Part shown: positions 1-13,757 of the stretch, piece after piece | How positions within the stretch are numbered: the stretch's first letter is position 1 | Layout: each line of letters begins with the position of its first letter | DNA from: Saccostrea echinata | Lineage: Eukaryota | Direction of reading: 5' to 3' | Length of the DNA stretch: 64,000 nucleotides | Assembly: GCF_033153115.1 (NCBI RefSeq) | Contig: NW_026889750.1 | Coordinates: 33,542,001-33,606,000, forward strand | Translations under genes and position numbers: made by a program | The notes under the pieces: model-generated | The model's database searches: none | Told to the model about the DNA's origin: nothing | What the model saw: only the letters and a program-made list of their open reading frames with translations

Positions 1-160
1 ATTGTATTTATTGCTTGAAAGTGAGAGCATACTATTTAGTGTGCTATTGTGATTGATAACTAAAACAAGATTTTTTCCCTTTTCTTAATACCGATTGCTA
101 GAACAATGTATCGATATGTATGTTTTATATCTATTTTAGATTAACAAAAATAATAATTAC

Positions 161-3048
161 CTATACTACTTTTATTAATCTCATTACGATGATTTGATGA
201 GTGTATACTTGCATCTGTTGTCACATTGTGCGTTTGTTCAAAGCGGCGAGATGATGATGATTTTGATAACTCTGTGGACAAAACTGATGACGTAGGAATG
301 TTGAATGTAGACGGTAAAATCGTTGATATCAAATTTCTTCTCAGAGTCATGGTCGACTTAAAAAGAGGCTCTAATGTTGATGGTGTTTTTGTTGTTGTTG
401 GCGGTGTCGATGATGATGATGATAAAAACGAAGATGATAACGATGATGGTCTCAGCATTGAAGGCCTGTCTTTGTATGACGTGTACTTTCGTGTTTGAGG
501 TAATGAAGTCGATGATTTTGTAGAACTAAATTCTGTTAATATTTCATTTGTGAGAAGATTCGTATTTAAGCTGGCATTTTGTGTTAAATGTGACTGATCT
601 TGTTTTTCTGTTGTGATACTGAACTCTGTCCTTTCTGAAAAAATATTTGAATTCAAATTCTGAGTCGACTTCACTGCAATTGCTGTTAATTCACGAGTTG
701 GCAGAATCGTAATCGATGCAGTTTTTGTGCTTCCTTCTGTGGATTCAGTGTTTGTTACCATAGGTTTTGTAGAATAGCTCTTTTCTTGTGTTGAAGTAAA
801 ATCATACTTGGTTGTCGATGTCTCAGCTATTACTGCTTCTGATGATAAAGAAAAGACTAGTCCATACAAAGATATTTACAGAAAAAAAGTAAAGTAAAGT
901 TGTTCCAAATAAGTTTCTTTTACTTTTATTACTTACGAGTTTTTTTAACTTTGATCCGAAATCCATGTCCCTGGTTTTTGAAATCAGACACAAATCTAAT
1001 ATTTACATAATTGTTCCGTGTAGTCACTTTCATTGGTCTATCAGTAACTCCACATTTTCTATAAGATTCCCCAAGAGAAACAGCCAGATAGTCACTACTA
1101 CACGATAAGCTGTTCTCTATATCCATGTCCACTATTATTATCGTCATGTTTTCTGTTTTGGGGTTCACTATTTCCCAGGAACAGCTAAGACCGGGAGGGT
1201 AGAAATCAGGGTATCCAGGGGACACTATTTCTACTTCTGACTTTGATAATTTGACCTTCCTGTGACATGCTTAAAACACAAATCACCAAATTGCTAGGCA
1301 TAAACTACAGCACTAAAAATTATACATGTATTTTTAAAAGCTTAAGAATGTTATTGACACAAAATGCAACAAAAATTCTTTAGCAGCTAAGAAATATGAA
1401 TTAAAAATTACTTACAGGCCCTAAAATATAATTCCTTGCTTTCTTCTCCTTTTGTTTTACTTATGTTGGCAAATACAGAAATCATGAGAAGTTGTCCTTT
1501 GAAATTTCGGGTATCAATGCTAAACCATGTAGTTCTGGGAGAGAGCACGATTTCTCTCTGGTAATTTGTTAGACGATATTTCAGGGTGTATGAGGTCAAA
1601 GGTATGTAATGTCCAACTGGTGGTAACCATTTGATAAACACGCCGGTTTTGGATGACGTCATTGTAATATTAACTGGTGGTCCAGGTGCTTTAACTAAAT
1701 GATATCATTATGATTCTCTAGAATGACATATTAATGATATTATTTATCAAATATTTGGCGAATGCTGGTTGTATTGAATCGACCGTACAAAATCACAATG
1801 GCTTCAACTTAAAATATGAAAACAGCTTAGAGATTTTCATAAAAATTTCACTAGAAAACTTTGTGAAAGATAATAATCTTACCTTTTGCTGTAACCAATA
1901 TTTGAAATCCTGTGATATTGATTCTCTTCATTCCACTAGAAAATAAAACTGTTTCCATTGAACTGCCATTTAAGTCAGAACTGTTTCTGCAAATTTTATG
2001 CAAACTGTCCCCTACTGATATAAACGCGTCAGTACAAGGCGGATGCTTTGTTGAATTATTGTTTTCTCCAAGATCGATTTGGAGAAAATGAAAATGCAAT
2101 ATATGTGTTTCTTCTGTTTTGATATCCCATTGACAGTGCACTCCCCTTTTTACTAGACTTGGGAAACCTGGAGAAGAAATTGTCTTCCTAGATCCTGGCA
2201 CCATGGTGATTTTCCTTCCACAGGCTAAAAAAAATCCAATTTTTTTTTATCTCTTAACGTTAACGCAAAGGGGGTAACAGAAGTATTTTTTTTTTGTAAA
2301 TTTTGTCCTATTTATTGCAATATATATAAAGTAGAATAAATAGAGTCTTTTACTAACGTTTTCGTATATAAAATGGTCTGGAAGGTTTGCTTAGGCCATT
2401 CTTGTTCTCAGCTGTCACTGTGATAAGGAACATTCTTCCAGCCTGCAAAGATGCATCTGTAAAGGAATTAAAAGGATGTACGTACTTAGAATTATACCGG
2501 TATAATTCAGATATGTAGTTTAAATATCGTTCCACACTCACCTATGATTGCCATAGGTATATTTGATCTGTATGTAGTGTGGCTCTCTTCCGGTAAAATG
2601 GTCGCCAGTAGCACGTAATTGGTGATGTTTCCGTAGGTTTGTGAAGGAACTTCCCAAGTAACAATAAAAGAATTGTCTCTATTCACAACATGGACGTTTT
2701 GGGGCTGAGAAGGTGGAGAACAATCTGTCATAAACAATGAAGAATTTTGATATTTTAATAACTTCAAAAGGCATATGATATTCTAGGTATAGCACTATCA
2801 TTCTAAATAATCTTTTAATCGGAATTTCTTTCAAAAAATCATTTCTTTCTCTATATTCATTTTTTGTGTTAGTAATTTTCAAATAAACAGTGTAACAAGC
2901 AAACATTGCAGAAATATGTTGATTTATGTGCGTTCTAGCATGTGCTGTCACTGCATCTTGTATATTCTACATAATGATCATGAAGATAAGAGACTTCCGG
3001 CTTGCCTTGTCAATATGCATTATAATGTTTTGCTATCTAATATATATA

Positions 3049-3136
<88 letters not shown>

Positions 3137-4483
3137 GGTATATATAAACGACAGATTTTTTCATAAAAAAAAATATTTCATTTGAAAATCCCGCATTTTT
3201 CAATGCAAAAATGAACCATAGTTTTTTCAGTTTAAATTCTTCAAAATCGTTTTTATCGAAGGGTACCTCTACAAAATCACTTTGTTTGTGTGTTTAATAG
3301 TTAAACGAACGATTCAGCAAATTTTGACAGCTAGGCTAAGCTTAAATATTTTGAAATAGGGGATTTTATTGTAAGTTGGTTGAATTTTTTTGTACTCCTC
3401 ATCAGCCAAAGAGGGGTAACTTTAGGAACTTCCTGTCCAAATTCGACTCTAACGATGTACATACACATAGTAGATATTGTCATGTATAAGATATACAAAA
3501 ATAGCGAAAATTAAACGACAGGAAATTTTTGGGGTAGGTGTGTTGTACATCCTTAACAAGATATTGAACACAAATCGTTGGATATTTGGTTATCAATCCT
3601 TTTTTCATTTCGACACCGTGATACACATGAAAATAGACTTGAACCACAGGTCAATTCAAACAATTTTGCAGAAAAAAAGAAAGAAGTGGGAGCTAGGTTG
3701 TCCCTCAGTTTTCCTGAATAAAAAAAAAAGATGTTTTGTATGAGAGTCTCTGACATTTCCTCAGTGCGCCTTGGGATTCAGTGACAATATATCCTTTTGT
3801 AGATAGGAAAACTCCACTTATTGTTGATTAAGATACTAATTAGTCTTTTAAGAATTGTTATTCATAAAAATGAATTTTCAAATAATACTTTAGAACAGCT
3901 CAATGTAAAATCATCATTGTTTTTTGTAGACCAATGTTCTTGGATTTAGTGGGCTACCCTTACACACGAATTAACACCCCACTAAACAAAAATGTTGTCC
4001 ATATTTCAGTTTATACGTGTTATCCAGGAAACAACGTTCCCAAGAACCATTAAAATTTCCATTGCCGACAAACATTGAACCCCCCCCCCCCCGCCTCAAA
4101 TGAAATGATGCCACAGCATGCACTAGATGGAGTTAGTAACTTAGTGGCAAAAGGGGTATTACTTCCTGATCAATTTTATTAGAGAAAGTAGAACCATTTT
4201 AATTTGTGGGGGTAAGTGCTAAAAGTTTACTAGTTTACTAGTTTGTGTGGACGTAATAATGTAAATTAGTCGTAAATACAGAACAGAAAACTCGTAGAAA
4301 CCAATACAATGATAAAAATGTTGTCCTTAGGGTGATCACCACGAGATCCAAGAACATAAGTCTATACGAACATTGACGATTCCACAATATTATACAGAAT
4401 TTCATACTGTAAAATTGATTGCATATAGACTTACCTGCAAATTCAATAAATTTAATGGCAAAGAAAATGATGAGCCAGCTCAT
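161..4483 (-). CDS. Partial gene for a secreted/cell-surface FN3-CUB-FN3-CUB protein with a mucin-like Ser/Thr stalk; 3' end lies beyond position 1
   Basis: Exons 4483-4435 (MSWLIIFFAIKFIEFA, signal-peptide-like), 3713-3558 (Cys-rich, weak GTTAAG donor, uncertain), 2724-2542 and 2456-2358 (FN3: PSQPQNV..VTWEVP..NY..VTAENKNGLS), 2224-1883 (CUB: CG..ISSPGFP..CQWDI..GF), 1694-1416 (FN3: APGPPVNI..IKWLPP..Y), 1269-937 (CUB: C..VSPGYP..YP..CSWEI..CSSDYL..CG..FVSD..GF), 838-161 (Ser/Thr-rich). All introns are GT-AG phase 1 and all internal exon lengths are multiples of 3. Confidence 0.85.
3052..3134. repeat. (TA)n microsatellite
   Basis: Uninterrupted TA run of about 80 nt. Confidence 0.97.
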
Positions 4484-5311
4484 TTTCTCGACATTTAAAT
4501 ATCATTCTCATGCAATAAATTCATAAAAGATGATTGTTCCAAGATTCTCCCCTTTGATATTTTAATGACCTGCCAAGCATTGTGTCAAAAGGAAATAAAA
4601 CCATAAGTTTCTTACACCCTCTGCACTGTCAGGACATTGTCCTACTATCCTATATGTCGTAACATCGAGCAGGTGCACGTTATCCGGAAATGATAAGTGC
4701 AAGATAATACGATCTTGTATACATCCATCTCAACGAGATTTTCCGAATGGTCAAAGTGATGTTATCATTGACAAACAATTCCCCGGCTGACCATCCTTCC
4801 ACAATGGTCAGATTTATTGTTTCCTTTTATAGAAGAGTTCACACAGGTATGTTATGCTTTGGTACTATTACACAATAGTTTGCTTCTCTTTACTGATAAA
4901 TGTTCTAGATATCACAGAGCTCACTTGCTTTATTTGATATAAATTACTGATATTGGAAGACAAAAATGCATGTTCACTGATATAACATTCGATGGGCATT
5001 AATAGTTTCTTAATTTCAGCGCAGTTGCAAAGACCACTGAATTCGATGTTGCAAGATCCGTTATTATACATTGTATATAAACAAAATGGCCTTATACTAA
5101 ATAGTATCTACATGTTCTTAATTATAATGTTCACGCTTAGTAAAATAGTTCTCTAAGAAAACAGAGATTTCTGTGAAATAAACAAAATTGCTTATTCATA
5201 TACAATAATCATTTAAAAAGCTATTTTTTCAGTCAAATTATTAAAATAATCAGGAAAAATTATTAGAAATGACGTCCACTACTTTTGTTAATAAAAGTTA
5301 AGACTGTATTG

Positions 5312-5468
5312 CATAGGCGTCGGAAGCAAATTGAAAAAAAGGGGGGGGGCTAAACCAACGAAAAAAGGTAAGCCCCAATTTTCAATGCCTATATTATGTG
5401 TATCTTTGCAAAAAAAAGGAGGGGGTAAGCCCCCCTAGCCCCCCCCCCCCCCCGTTCCGACGCCTATG
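5312..5468. mobile_element. Short non-autonomous TIR element (MITE) with 5-bp target-site duplication
   Basis: TIR CATAGGCGTCGGAA...TTCCGACGCCTATG, flanked by TATTG on both sides (5307-5311, 5469-5473); internal poly-G/poly-C tracts. Confidence 0.8.
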
Positions 5469-5535
5469 TATTGATTCCTGAAATGCTTACTCTAACACAT
5501 ATTGTACATACTTATTTTGTCTTTTTACTAATTGT

Positions 5536-6917
5536 TCATATCTGCTGTTGTGTGTTAAAAGATACATGTAAATCAATGTCACTGTTATGATGTAGAGTAG
5601 AATCTCTCGTAGTTTTTCTGTCTTCACCCGTTTGTAACACAATGTCAGTTGTGAGATTCTCACAGTTTATCAATGCAGTGGAGACACTGGCTGCACTGTT
5701 TGTGACGTCATTATTGTTCTGAGTTTCATTATTGTTTGCTGAACTTGAGTCCATAGCAGAACTTTCGCTGGAGATGGAAAATACTGCCGAACCAGTTCCC
5801 TCCGATAAATTATTCACTGCTCGCCTGTCTTGCTCCATTTTCATTGCTGAGTCATAAGAAGGGAGATAATTTACATTTGTCTTTGAATATTTCCCAGGAT
5901 ATGGTGGTGGTGGGTCATCGTATCCAAAGCAGGAAATGGAGGATATAGTTCGATCTGCAATACGGACAAAATTTTTTGATTGCATTAAAGCTATTTGCAA
6001 AAACACTTTTTTTATTCTCTGTTCTATTCTGCATATGAAAATTCATGTTTTGTGATCCACGGTTTTCTTTTCTATAATATAAAGCAAGATATGATGTGCG
6101 TTTGATGTTTAAACATTTAACAAAAAGAAATTTGATAAATCTTTGAAATTTGCAATGTAAGCCACAGACTTACGAAGTCTTTCAATTCTTGTGCCCTCCA
6201 TTTCTGACCTTTCACCCGAGAGTTTATTGATAAGCACCCTGAGGAAGATTACTATCACAATCGCTGCCATACCGCCCAGGACGGAAAGAATCACTGGATC
6301 CTCCAGTACATCCGTCTGGTATCCTAGCAACGGGTCAAACAATACTTATATTGACCATGTGCATATCTGGGTTGACTATCATGTTGTTAATTTTGAAATT
6401 ACTGAAAAGAGGTAAATGCAAAATTATCATGCTTTAAGTTTAATTTTCATTTAACTCCACCCAGTAATTTCAAATTTTGAGGTATGATATAACTAATACT
6501 TATAGACATCAGGCTAGAAATAGGCTGCTCATCCCTAAAACCATATTCATCGAAATCGCATCCTATGAATTAGTCAGTAATAAATGCTGTATGGGTAAAG
6601 CAATTTTTAAAGAAAACTAATTATATACAGACATGTATATACATTAATCATGAAGTGGATTTTTTTATATAAAACAAGCCATATTTAATTTCTTCGCTAA
6701 ATATTACTACAGAGATACTTACGGTACTTATTGGGATTAACAGTTGTAATATGACTGGGCACAAGAACCACAGTTGTATCATCTAGGCATAAATAAATAA
6801 ATGAATAAGTTAAAATATTTGAAGGTTATTGGACCCTAATATCCATTTGAAATACCAAAAATGCCATCGATTCAATTATTACATGTCTTGTCACTTACCT
6901 GTGCTATTATTTGCCAT
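5536..6917 (-). CDS. Single-pass membrane protein with PPxY and LPxY motifs, paralog A (about 215 aa)
   Basis: Exons 6917-6899 (MANNST), 6782-6723, 6323-6174 (TM: PVILSVLGGMAAIVIVIFL), 5954-5536 (DDPPPPYPGKYSKTNVNYLPSYDSA); three phase-1 introns, all with GTAAGT donors; 648 nt in frame to stop. Confidence 0.85.
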
Positions 6918-7223
6918 CTTTAATAATTCATGCACTTACACTGGAATATTTAAAGTGTAAATTTTAAATTCAAGGACAAAGATATCCAAAACAGGAAATG
7001 GACTAATATAGAAAAGGATTTGGAAGGTATATACATTTGTAACATATTGAAGCTGTGAATTTGTTTACTGTGCAATACAAAAAATAAGAAATTAATTATA
7101 AAGCGGTTTCAATCTGAGAATTAAGTATACCATTTCCAAGATGTTTTTCAATGTAAAACTTCTTGGCCCCTTTTTTAATTCCCTTTATGTTTTGAAGAAA
7201 ATGGTTCAGTAATCCTTATGATG

Positions 7224-7225
<2 letters not shown>

Positions 7226-7312
<87 letters not shown>
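7226..7312. repeat. (TA)n microsatellite
   Basis: Uninterrupted TA run of about 85 nt. Confidence 0.97.
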
Positions 7313-7318
<6 letters not shown>

Positions 7319-8093
7319 AAAGTCATGAAATTATTTACTCTGATTCAAAACATATATACCGGGTATGTTGATAATAAACTGAAATTGAAAAGTAATGCAA
7401 GGTCTCGTAACTATATAGACACAGTATATAATACATCTTACCTTGTTCTATTGCTTAATATAGACACCTCTTTTTTACCATGATGCAAATATAGACTGCA
7501 ACAGCCGTCAATAGAATTTCACCAAATCACTAAGTTTAGATTTCTAAATATAGGGAGAATTTTAAATTCATCATCATAAAATGTTTCTGGCTACCACCCC
7601 TTCACTAGGGAAATCCTCAACACGTTTCCCTAATAGAAAGAACTTCACTTTTCTGTTAAATTTCTCCCAAACAATATGATATATTATGAAGAATATACAC
7701 CCTAATGCTGCATTCCAGCATAGAACAAGTTTTGTTTTCGTCTGTGGCCAAGTACGTGTGACCAATGTTCCGCTCCAGTGCCAACCACAGAAGATTTAGT
7801 CAACAATTTCAATCATTGCATATGTACGTGTGAATTATGCAATTCGTACTCCGTGTAGAAAGGACAACAACTGAAAAGTGGCCTGCTCAACTCAATACAA
7901 TGCACATTGTTTAAATGTGTTCAAAACTTCGTCCTCAAATTAAGGTCTACTATTCTTAGGGTTACCATGTTTCTGCATATAAATTACATTGAATTAAAAA
8001 TAAAACAGTTTAGAAGATATGTTTACCGTTTATATATTCTTTCTAAGATGTCGTTGAATACATGTATTTACCTTCACCAGAAATCACAGAATC

Positions 8094-9566
8094 TAAGGCC
8101 ATCATAAAAAAAATCTTTGTTTCCCCTAACCCGACCCTAAAATCTCAAGTTGGGTAGGTAGGTAGGTAAATATTTTTTTTTCTGACATCAGCTTTGAAAA
8201 TACATTCTGAAATTTAATGGAATAATACCTTTGTAAATAAGAAAAGTACAAAAGAAAGCGATTTGTAAACAGAATATCATACAAATGCCGCTTAAAAGCA
8301 AAATTTAAGGTAGATTAATTCACAACTATCATTCAATTGAATTTGTGAAATATCTCACAGTGTGCAGTGTAAATTTAATGAAATTTAATATTTAAAAAGA
8401 CAAGATTCTCTGATATGCAAAGATCGGACAACCTAGTATATTTTTCAAACCTAATATCAGCTTCCAGTGCTTAAACATGCAATGTACTTTTTCAAGGGCC
8501 TTGAATTGTGCAGTGGTTCTAGAGCATTTCGTTTTGGAGTCTCGAAGTAAGGAGCTGGTTCAAATCCCAATGCGGGACGTTGAGACCAGTCCTTCAAATG
8601 AGACTGTAAAAACTTAGGTCCAGTGTCGCAGTAGATGCTGACACGAAAAAGGTCCCTCACTGCTCAATGGCCAAAATTGCCGAGTACAAGTCTAAATTTG
8701 AGCTCTTCACCGGGCAAATGTTGTCATCCTAACAATTCTCAAAGGAATTTAAAGCAAAGAAACAGCCAATCTTCAATGGCCTAATTAAAGAAAAATACTC
8801 TCAGGAAGCTGTATCATGATTTCAAAAATAGTTAGAAAGAGTATGTAAACAACATTTAATTGAACCAAACCATATCAAAAAAATTATAAAAATGTATACA
8901 CAATGTCATAGTGACGCAGTTTAACCCAAGAATAAAAGGCATGAAGAAAGGACGTCTGAATTCTATTCATCAGGATGAAATATGCATATGCAGACTTCTG
9001 TGGTCCCATATAGTAAACACAGAAACATAGATGAACTGTTTATTAGATCAAAGCTCAAATTAAATAAAATACAGTGAAATTGAATGATGTGTTCATAAGG
9101 TGGGCTCCTCGTCTGCTCATGAGGCGGGCCTTACCATGCTTACTACGTAAATTAATTTTAAAAGACATGTTTGTAAATACCACCGAAACACTCTTTATTA
9201 GTCATGGTATATTTTATTAACGAAGTGTTTCAAGAGTGTAGGATTCTAATAAGCTAAGGGCAGAAGGTTGATATGTCTCCGTTGTTTTATAATAACATGA
9301 ACTAAGTCACTAACCCTCTGTGACCACATGTTGTGGGTACCATTTTGTTTCCAACAAATGCTTGAAAATCACAGTAGAACAAAATCTGCCGTTCTGATAA
9401 AAACATATTTTGATGAAATTGTATTTCATAAAAGTTGATAAACATAAAAAAGAAATATTTGAATAGTTTTAAAAAAAAAAAAAAACACTTTTCAGTCGAA
9501 GCTATTTAATTTAAATGGGTCGGTCGTGTTAGGGGAAACAAAGGTATTTTTTTTATTTTGGTCTTA
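8094..9566. mobile_element. Non-autonomous DNA transposon with imperfect TIRs of about 45 bp
   Basis: Left end TAAGGCCATCATAAAAAAAATCTTTGTTTCCCCTAAC matches the reverse complement of the right end GTTAGGGGAAACAAAGGTATTTTTTTTATTTTGGTCTTA; TA at both outer ends. Confidence 0.7.
8496..8772 (+). mobile_element. Degenerate tRNA-derived SINE nested in the TIR element
   Basis: A-box-like CAGTGGTTCTAGAGC and B box GGTTCAAATCCC (8557-8568), then a body and A-rich tail; a similar tail fragment near 23215-23260. Confidence 0.5.
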
Positions 9567-9970
9567 GATGAAAATCATGTTTAAATTTTTATTTTCAAGT
9601 GTATCGTGAATTAAGATTTTACAAGATGCAGATTTCCATTACATTTTGGAAAGTAATAAATATCTAACACTGCATTAAGAGGTATAAAGAAGAATGATTT
9701 AAGAAACATCACATCACCGCTGTTTGCATCTTTCGTTGAATTTGCATTTCAAATATCTACAAAAATGTACATGTAAATATGATAGTATAAGTTAAAAAAA
9801 GTGAACAAAGCGCTATGCATTTCATTTTATTTATTCTGTACCTTGATGTTTCCCAATTCAATACCGTATGTAATGCAAGTACTTAATCCAAAAGCATTTA
9901 GATTTAAATATGGGGAGGTCCACATTATTTTAACTGTTATTGTAAGAGTTGGATTGTATTACACATGTAA

Positions 9971-11449
9971 TTATATATTCTCTTCATCACTGGACCTTCT
10001 GGGATTTAAAGTTATTCCATCAACACATATAGATGTCTGACGTGGGGAACGTTCAGTTTCTTCACTAAACACCTGTTGATCATCTGTTCTAGGTTCACAC
10101 TCTCGATTTGTCAAAAGTTCATGGCACACTTGGTTAGAGACCGAATCATTTTCTGTCTCTTCATTGTTCATATGATCGCTATGGTCTAAACCAACACTCT
10201 CATCCAAGACAGAAAATTCCGATTGTGGAGTCATTTCATTGATACTGCACATCCGCAACTCGGGTGCCATTTTGATTGCGGAGTCATAAGAGGGGAGATA
10301 ATTGATGTTGGTTTTGGAATATTTTCCTGGATAAGGTGGAGGGTCATCGGAAAATGGAGTCGGTGATGGTGATACTGCTGGTTCGCTTTCGTGATCTGTA
10401 CAATAATACTGAACACTTAGAACTCTTAATAAACAAGATACTTTTGACGAGGGTAGGATAATCTAAGAAATGCATCTATTCTTTATCATTCAACGATGGC
10501 TTGAAAATAATGTTTTAAAATTCTCCATCTAATCATCTGCTTCATGTTTCTATGTTGTCTAGGATCTAAGCTCTTTATGTTTAGTCCACTATATAGACAA
10601 CCACTTCTGCATGTTAGTAGAATGACTTTATCTCATTGAAACATTCTCTTATCTTATTGATACAATGCCAATGGTCCTCAATGCTATATTATTTATTTAA
10701 GTTTTTTTTTATTCTAATCTCATGTTTGTAGTCTCTATGATTTGTTGTGTCTAATTTTTTACCCAGTAAACTGGTTCTCTTACCTCCCCTCCTGGTTTGT
10801 CTATGGTGTCTGTACTGCCGATTTTTAATTCTACTAATAATTTCCCTCCCTAGAAACAAAATTCCAATGAAAAGGATCACCCCGGTAATAGCCATAAACA
10901 CTGGGTCCTCCATTATAAAGACCTTTTGTTCTGAATTCAAAAAACGCCCTAGTTTGTATCTTTTTCAAGCATTCGAAGATGGAGATGGATGAGTTACATT
11001 CAAGAATACATAGATTTTTATAAACAATGTGAGCGACATGGTTAAAGTGAAGATAAATATAACAAAGCTAATTTTTTCCATTTTACTGAGAAGATGAGCA
11101 TACAGAGAGGGTCTTGACAAAGTCTAATACTTAATAGGGTGATAATGATGGTGTCAGTGTTTTGAGACCCTTTATCTATCCTGCTATTTCCAAATTTATG
11201 ATATTATTTCCCTACCTTTTATGTTCGTTATGATAATATGACCCACTCCATTGGTTGGCAAGGAAGCCTGGGGGTCTTCTTCTACAAAAAAAAAACGAAT
11301 TAAGATTTTTTTTTTTTTTACTATAATATTCTACTTTCCGTGCAAAATCTGAATCATTGTGCATTATTGATGTTTTAAGGAGCCATTTCATTCAGCACTC
11401 GATGCTTTTGTTTCCCTACACTATCCATACCTGTACCATTTGTATCCAT
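9971..11449 (-). CDS. Single-pass membrane protein with PPxY and LPxY motifs, paralog B (about 218 aa)
   Basis: Exons 11449-11431 (MDTNGT), 11281-11216, 10930-10784 (TM: PVFMAITGVILFIGILFLG), 10395-9971 (DDPPPYPGKYSKTNINYLPSYDSA); all phase 1; 657 nt in frame; same exon layout as paralog A. Confidence 0.85.
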
Positions 11450-12985
11450 CTGTATTCTACATCAGCTGCCAAAAAGAAAATAAGACTTTTAAAGATGAAA
11501 ATCGAATTCCCATATTTTTAAATTAAATTTGCACATGTTAACAGAATAGCTACATATTATCATATGGTCAATCGTTAGTTATACATGTACGTTGTGGAAT
11601 TAAACCTTTCAAAAACAGTTTTTGACCATTCATCCCTGTTTGTGTTGATTTTTATTCACATTACCCCGATATATATTTGAATGCAGCTGTAAAAGCGTAT
11701 TTATGATTCAAGAGATTCAGTCTGTTAATATATGCTCTTTAAAACTTGCCTTACTCTGTACCTTTATTTTCTTCTCAGAGACATAACTGGCCAGAACTGT
11801 CCGTATATATATTATTTTAAATCTTGTTTTTAAAGTTTGTCTTTACAACTACTCTCCTTAACAAAGAAAGCCCACTTACCGTCATAAAATCTGCATATCG
11901 CGTCCATAAATATGTTGTCACGAGACAAAATTCAATTGGGTATTGTAAATTCGTTGTTGACATTCTTCTGTACTTACAGTACTAAAAGTACTAACTTTTG
12001 TCAATCTTACTAAAAAAATCACTCTATAATCAATCGTATAGTCCTGTATTTCAATGTCACGATCCGTTGAGCACTGAAACGTGTATTTTGATAGTTGTTT
12101 ATAATTCGTTATCTCTGTTCCACACCGCTTTTCACTTCACTTTTAAAACACTTATAACATACTTGTTATACTCGTAAATTACGCAATCACGACAAATGTT
12201 CAGTTCTATGTAAAATAGTTGCTTATAACTTCTTCTTTCTTCAACAATAAACATAGATCCACATTGTCTGTTTATTTGAACTTACTTGAAGTGTCGTGAC
12301 AAAAAAACTAGGTTACTTTGTCATTCGACGTAAAATTGATAGTCGAGTGTACGTTGTAGAGTTCTGTGCAACACTTTCATTAAATTTTCATTGCTGAAGT
12401 ATCCTTTATCTTAAAAGTAAATTTCGTAAATACCATTATCTCATTTTGTTCGTGTCATAAGCAAATTGTAAAATTTTATAATTCTACATTGTTCTAAAAA
12501 CTATTTGTGTCAAGATATCAATGGAGTAAATTTTATCTGTTTATAATTTGCAAAAATCCAAAAACAGTAACAGTTCTCTAAATATCCTCTAAATGTTAAT
12601 GTAGACTTGGGTATTGTAGCTCGATCTACTAAAAAAATATACCTTCCTCAGCTGCCAAGGAAATTATTAAAGTGTTTTGTTTTCGTTTCCTTTTTATTCT
12701 TTACTATACGCATTTATTCATTTATCCATGAATGTCGTGCGTTTTGTCCTTGCACTCGCACCAGTAAACTGATCTTTGATTTTTTGTTCGAGTTTGACCG
12801 CTTTAATGACAATGGCTTAGAAGTATTTTCAGTTTCTGTGCATTTATTAATCTTAACAATCGAAGACGTCTTTGTCAGCAAATGTCTGTAATCAGTGCGT
12901 AGGAAATTGTTGCTCTGCTAAATATATAATCAACTGTAACACTGAGTAGACTTTGATTTCCTATATACATGTACATACGTATGTT

Positions 12986-13757
12986 TAACCTCATTTACAC
13001 AGAGGTTGGCGACCGTTGAGATTTGGATAAATGCCTAAATGACTTTCAACAGATACTCGGCCATCGCCATGATCGCAGGGTCTACATTGTGTCTTCAAAG
13101 TTTTGACCATACCCAAACCAGTCTCTCAAGATAACAAAAGGCGCCTTTACATATGTATAGATTGTTGAAAAACATTTGTTCGATGTTGTTCGATTTCTTT
13201 GCGATCTCTGGAAGCCTTGAAAAGCTCGCCTCTGTGTAAAATCAAAATTGAAAGAGATCAGAAGAGAAAAAACTTGTATTATAAAATTGGGGATACTGTC
13301 ATATTTCATAGTGATCTGTCCAGATCAATTTGCGGTCAAGGAACGTGCACTAAAAGATCTCTCAGAGACTAATGGTTACATTGCTTTCTGTTAGCATCCT
13401 TTGAGTTTGCTAAAAGTCTGCTTTGCGACCAATCGAGACCACTGAGAGATCTTAGAAGATGACCGAGAATTCAATTGTGACCAAGAGATATCATTGAAAG
13501 ACCAAAAGAGATTTTTGATAAATAAACCTCGAGAGATCATTAGGAGATCTTTGAGCTATCTTTCTGCACTCTTTGAGAGACAGATTACCAATGACAACGT
13601 TGCTAGATTGTTTTGAGGAGAGTCAAAATTTTGAAGAGCTCTGAGAAATCCCAAGAGATTGTGGTAATAACTGGGTGACTGTTAATATATTGTTCAGACA
13701 TCTACATGTAGCCAATTCTGCCTCCACGGTCGCTATCTCTGTGTAAGTGGGATTTAA
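12986..13757. mobile_element. Non-autonomous TIR element, possibly PIF/Harbinger-like
   Basis: TTACACAGAGGTTGGCGACCGTTGAG on the left versus CTCCACGGTCGCTATCTCTGTGTAA on the right; T(T)AA flanks; decayed GAGATC-rich internal repeats. Superfamily assignment is a guess. Confidence 0.55.

Noticed and set aside
226-498. Asp-rich + strand ORF
   Set aside because: Antisense shadow of the Ser/Thr-rich exon.
2916-3185. ORFs with (YI)n repeats (also 43061-43249)
   Set aside because: Translations of (TA)n microsatellites.
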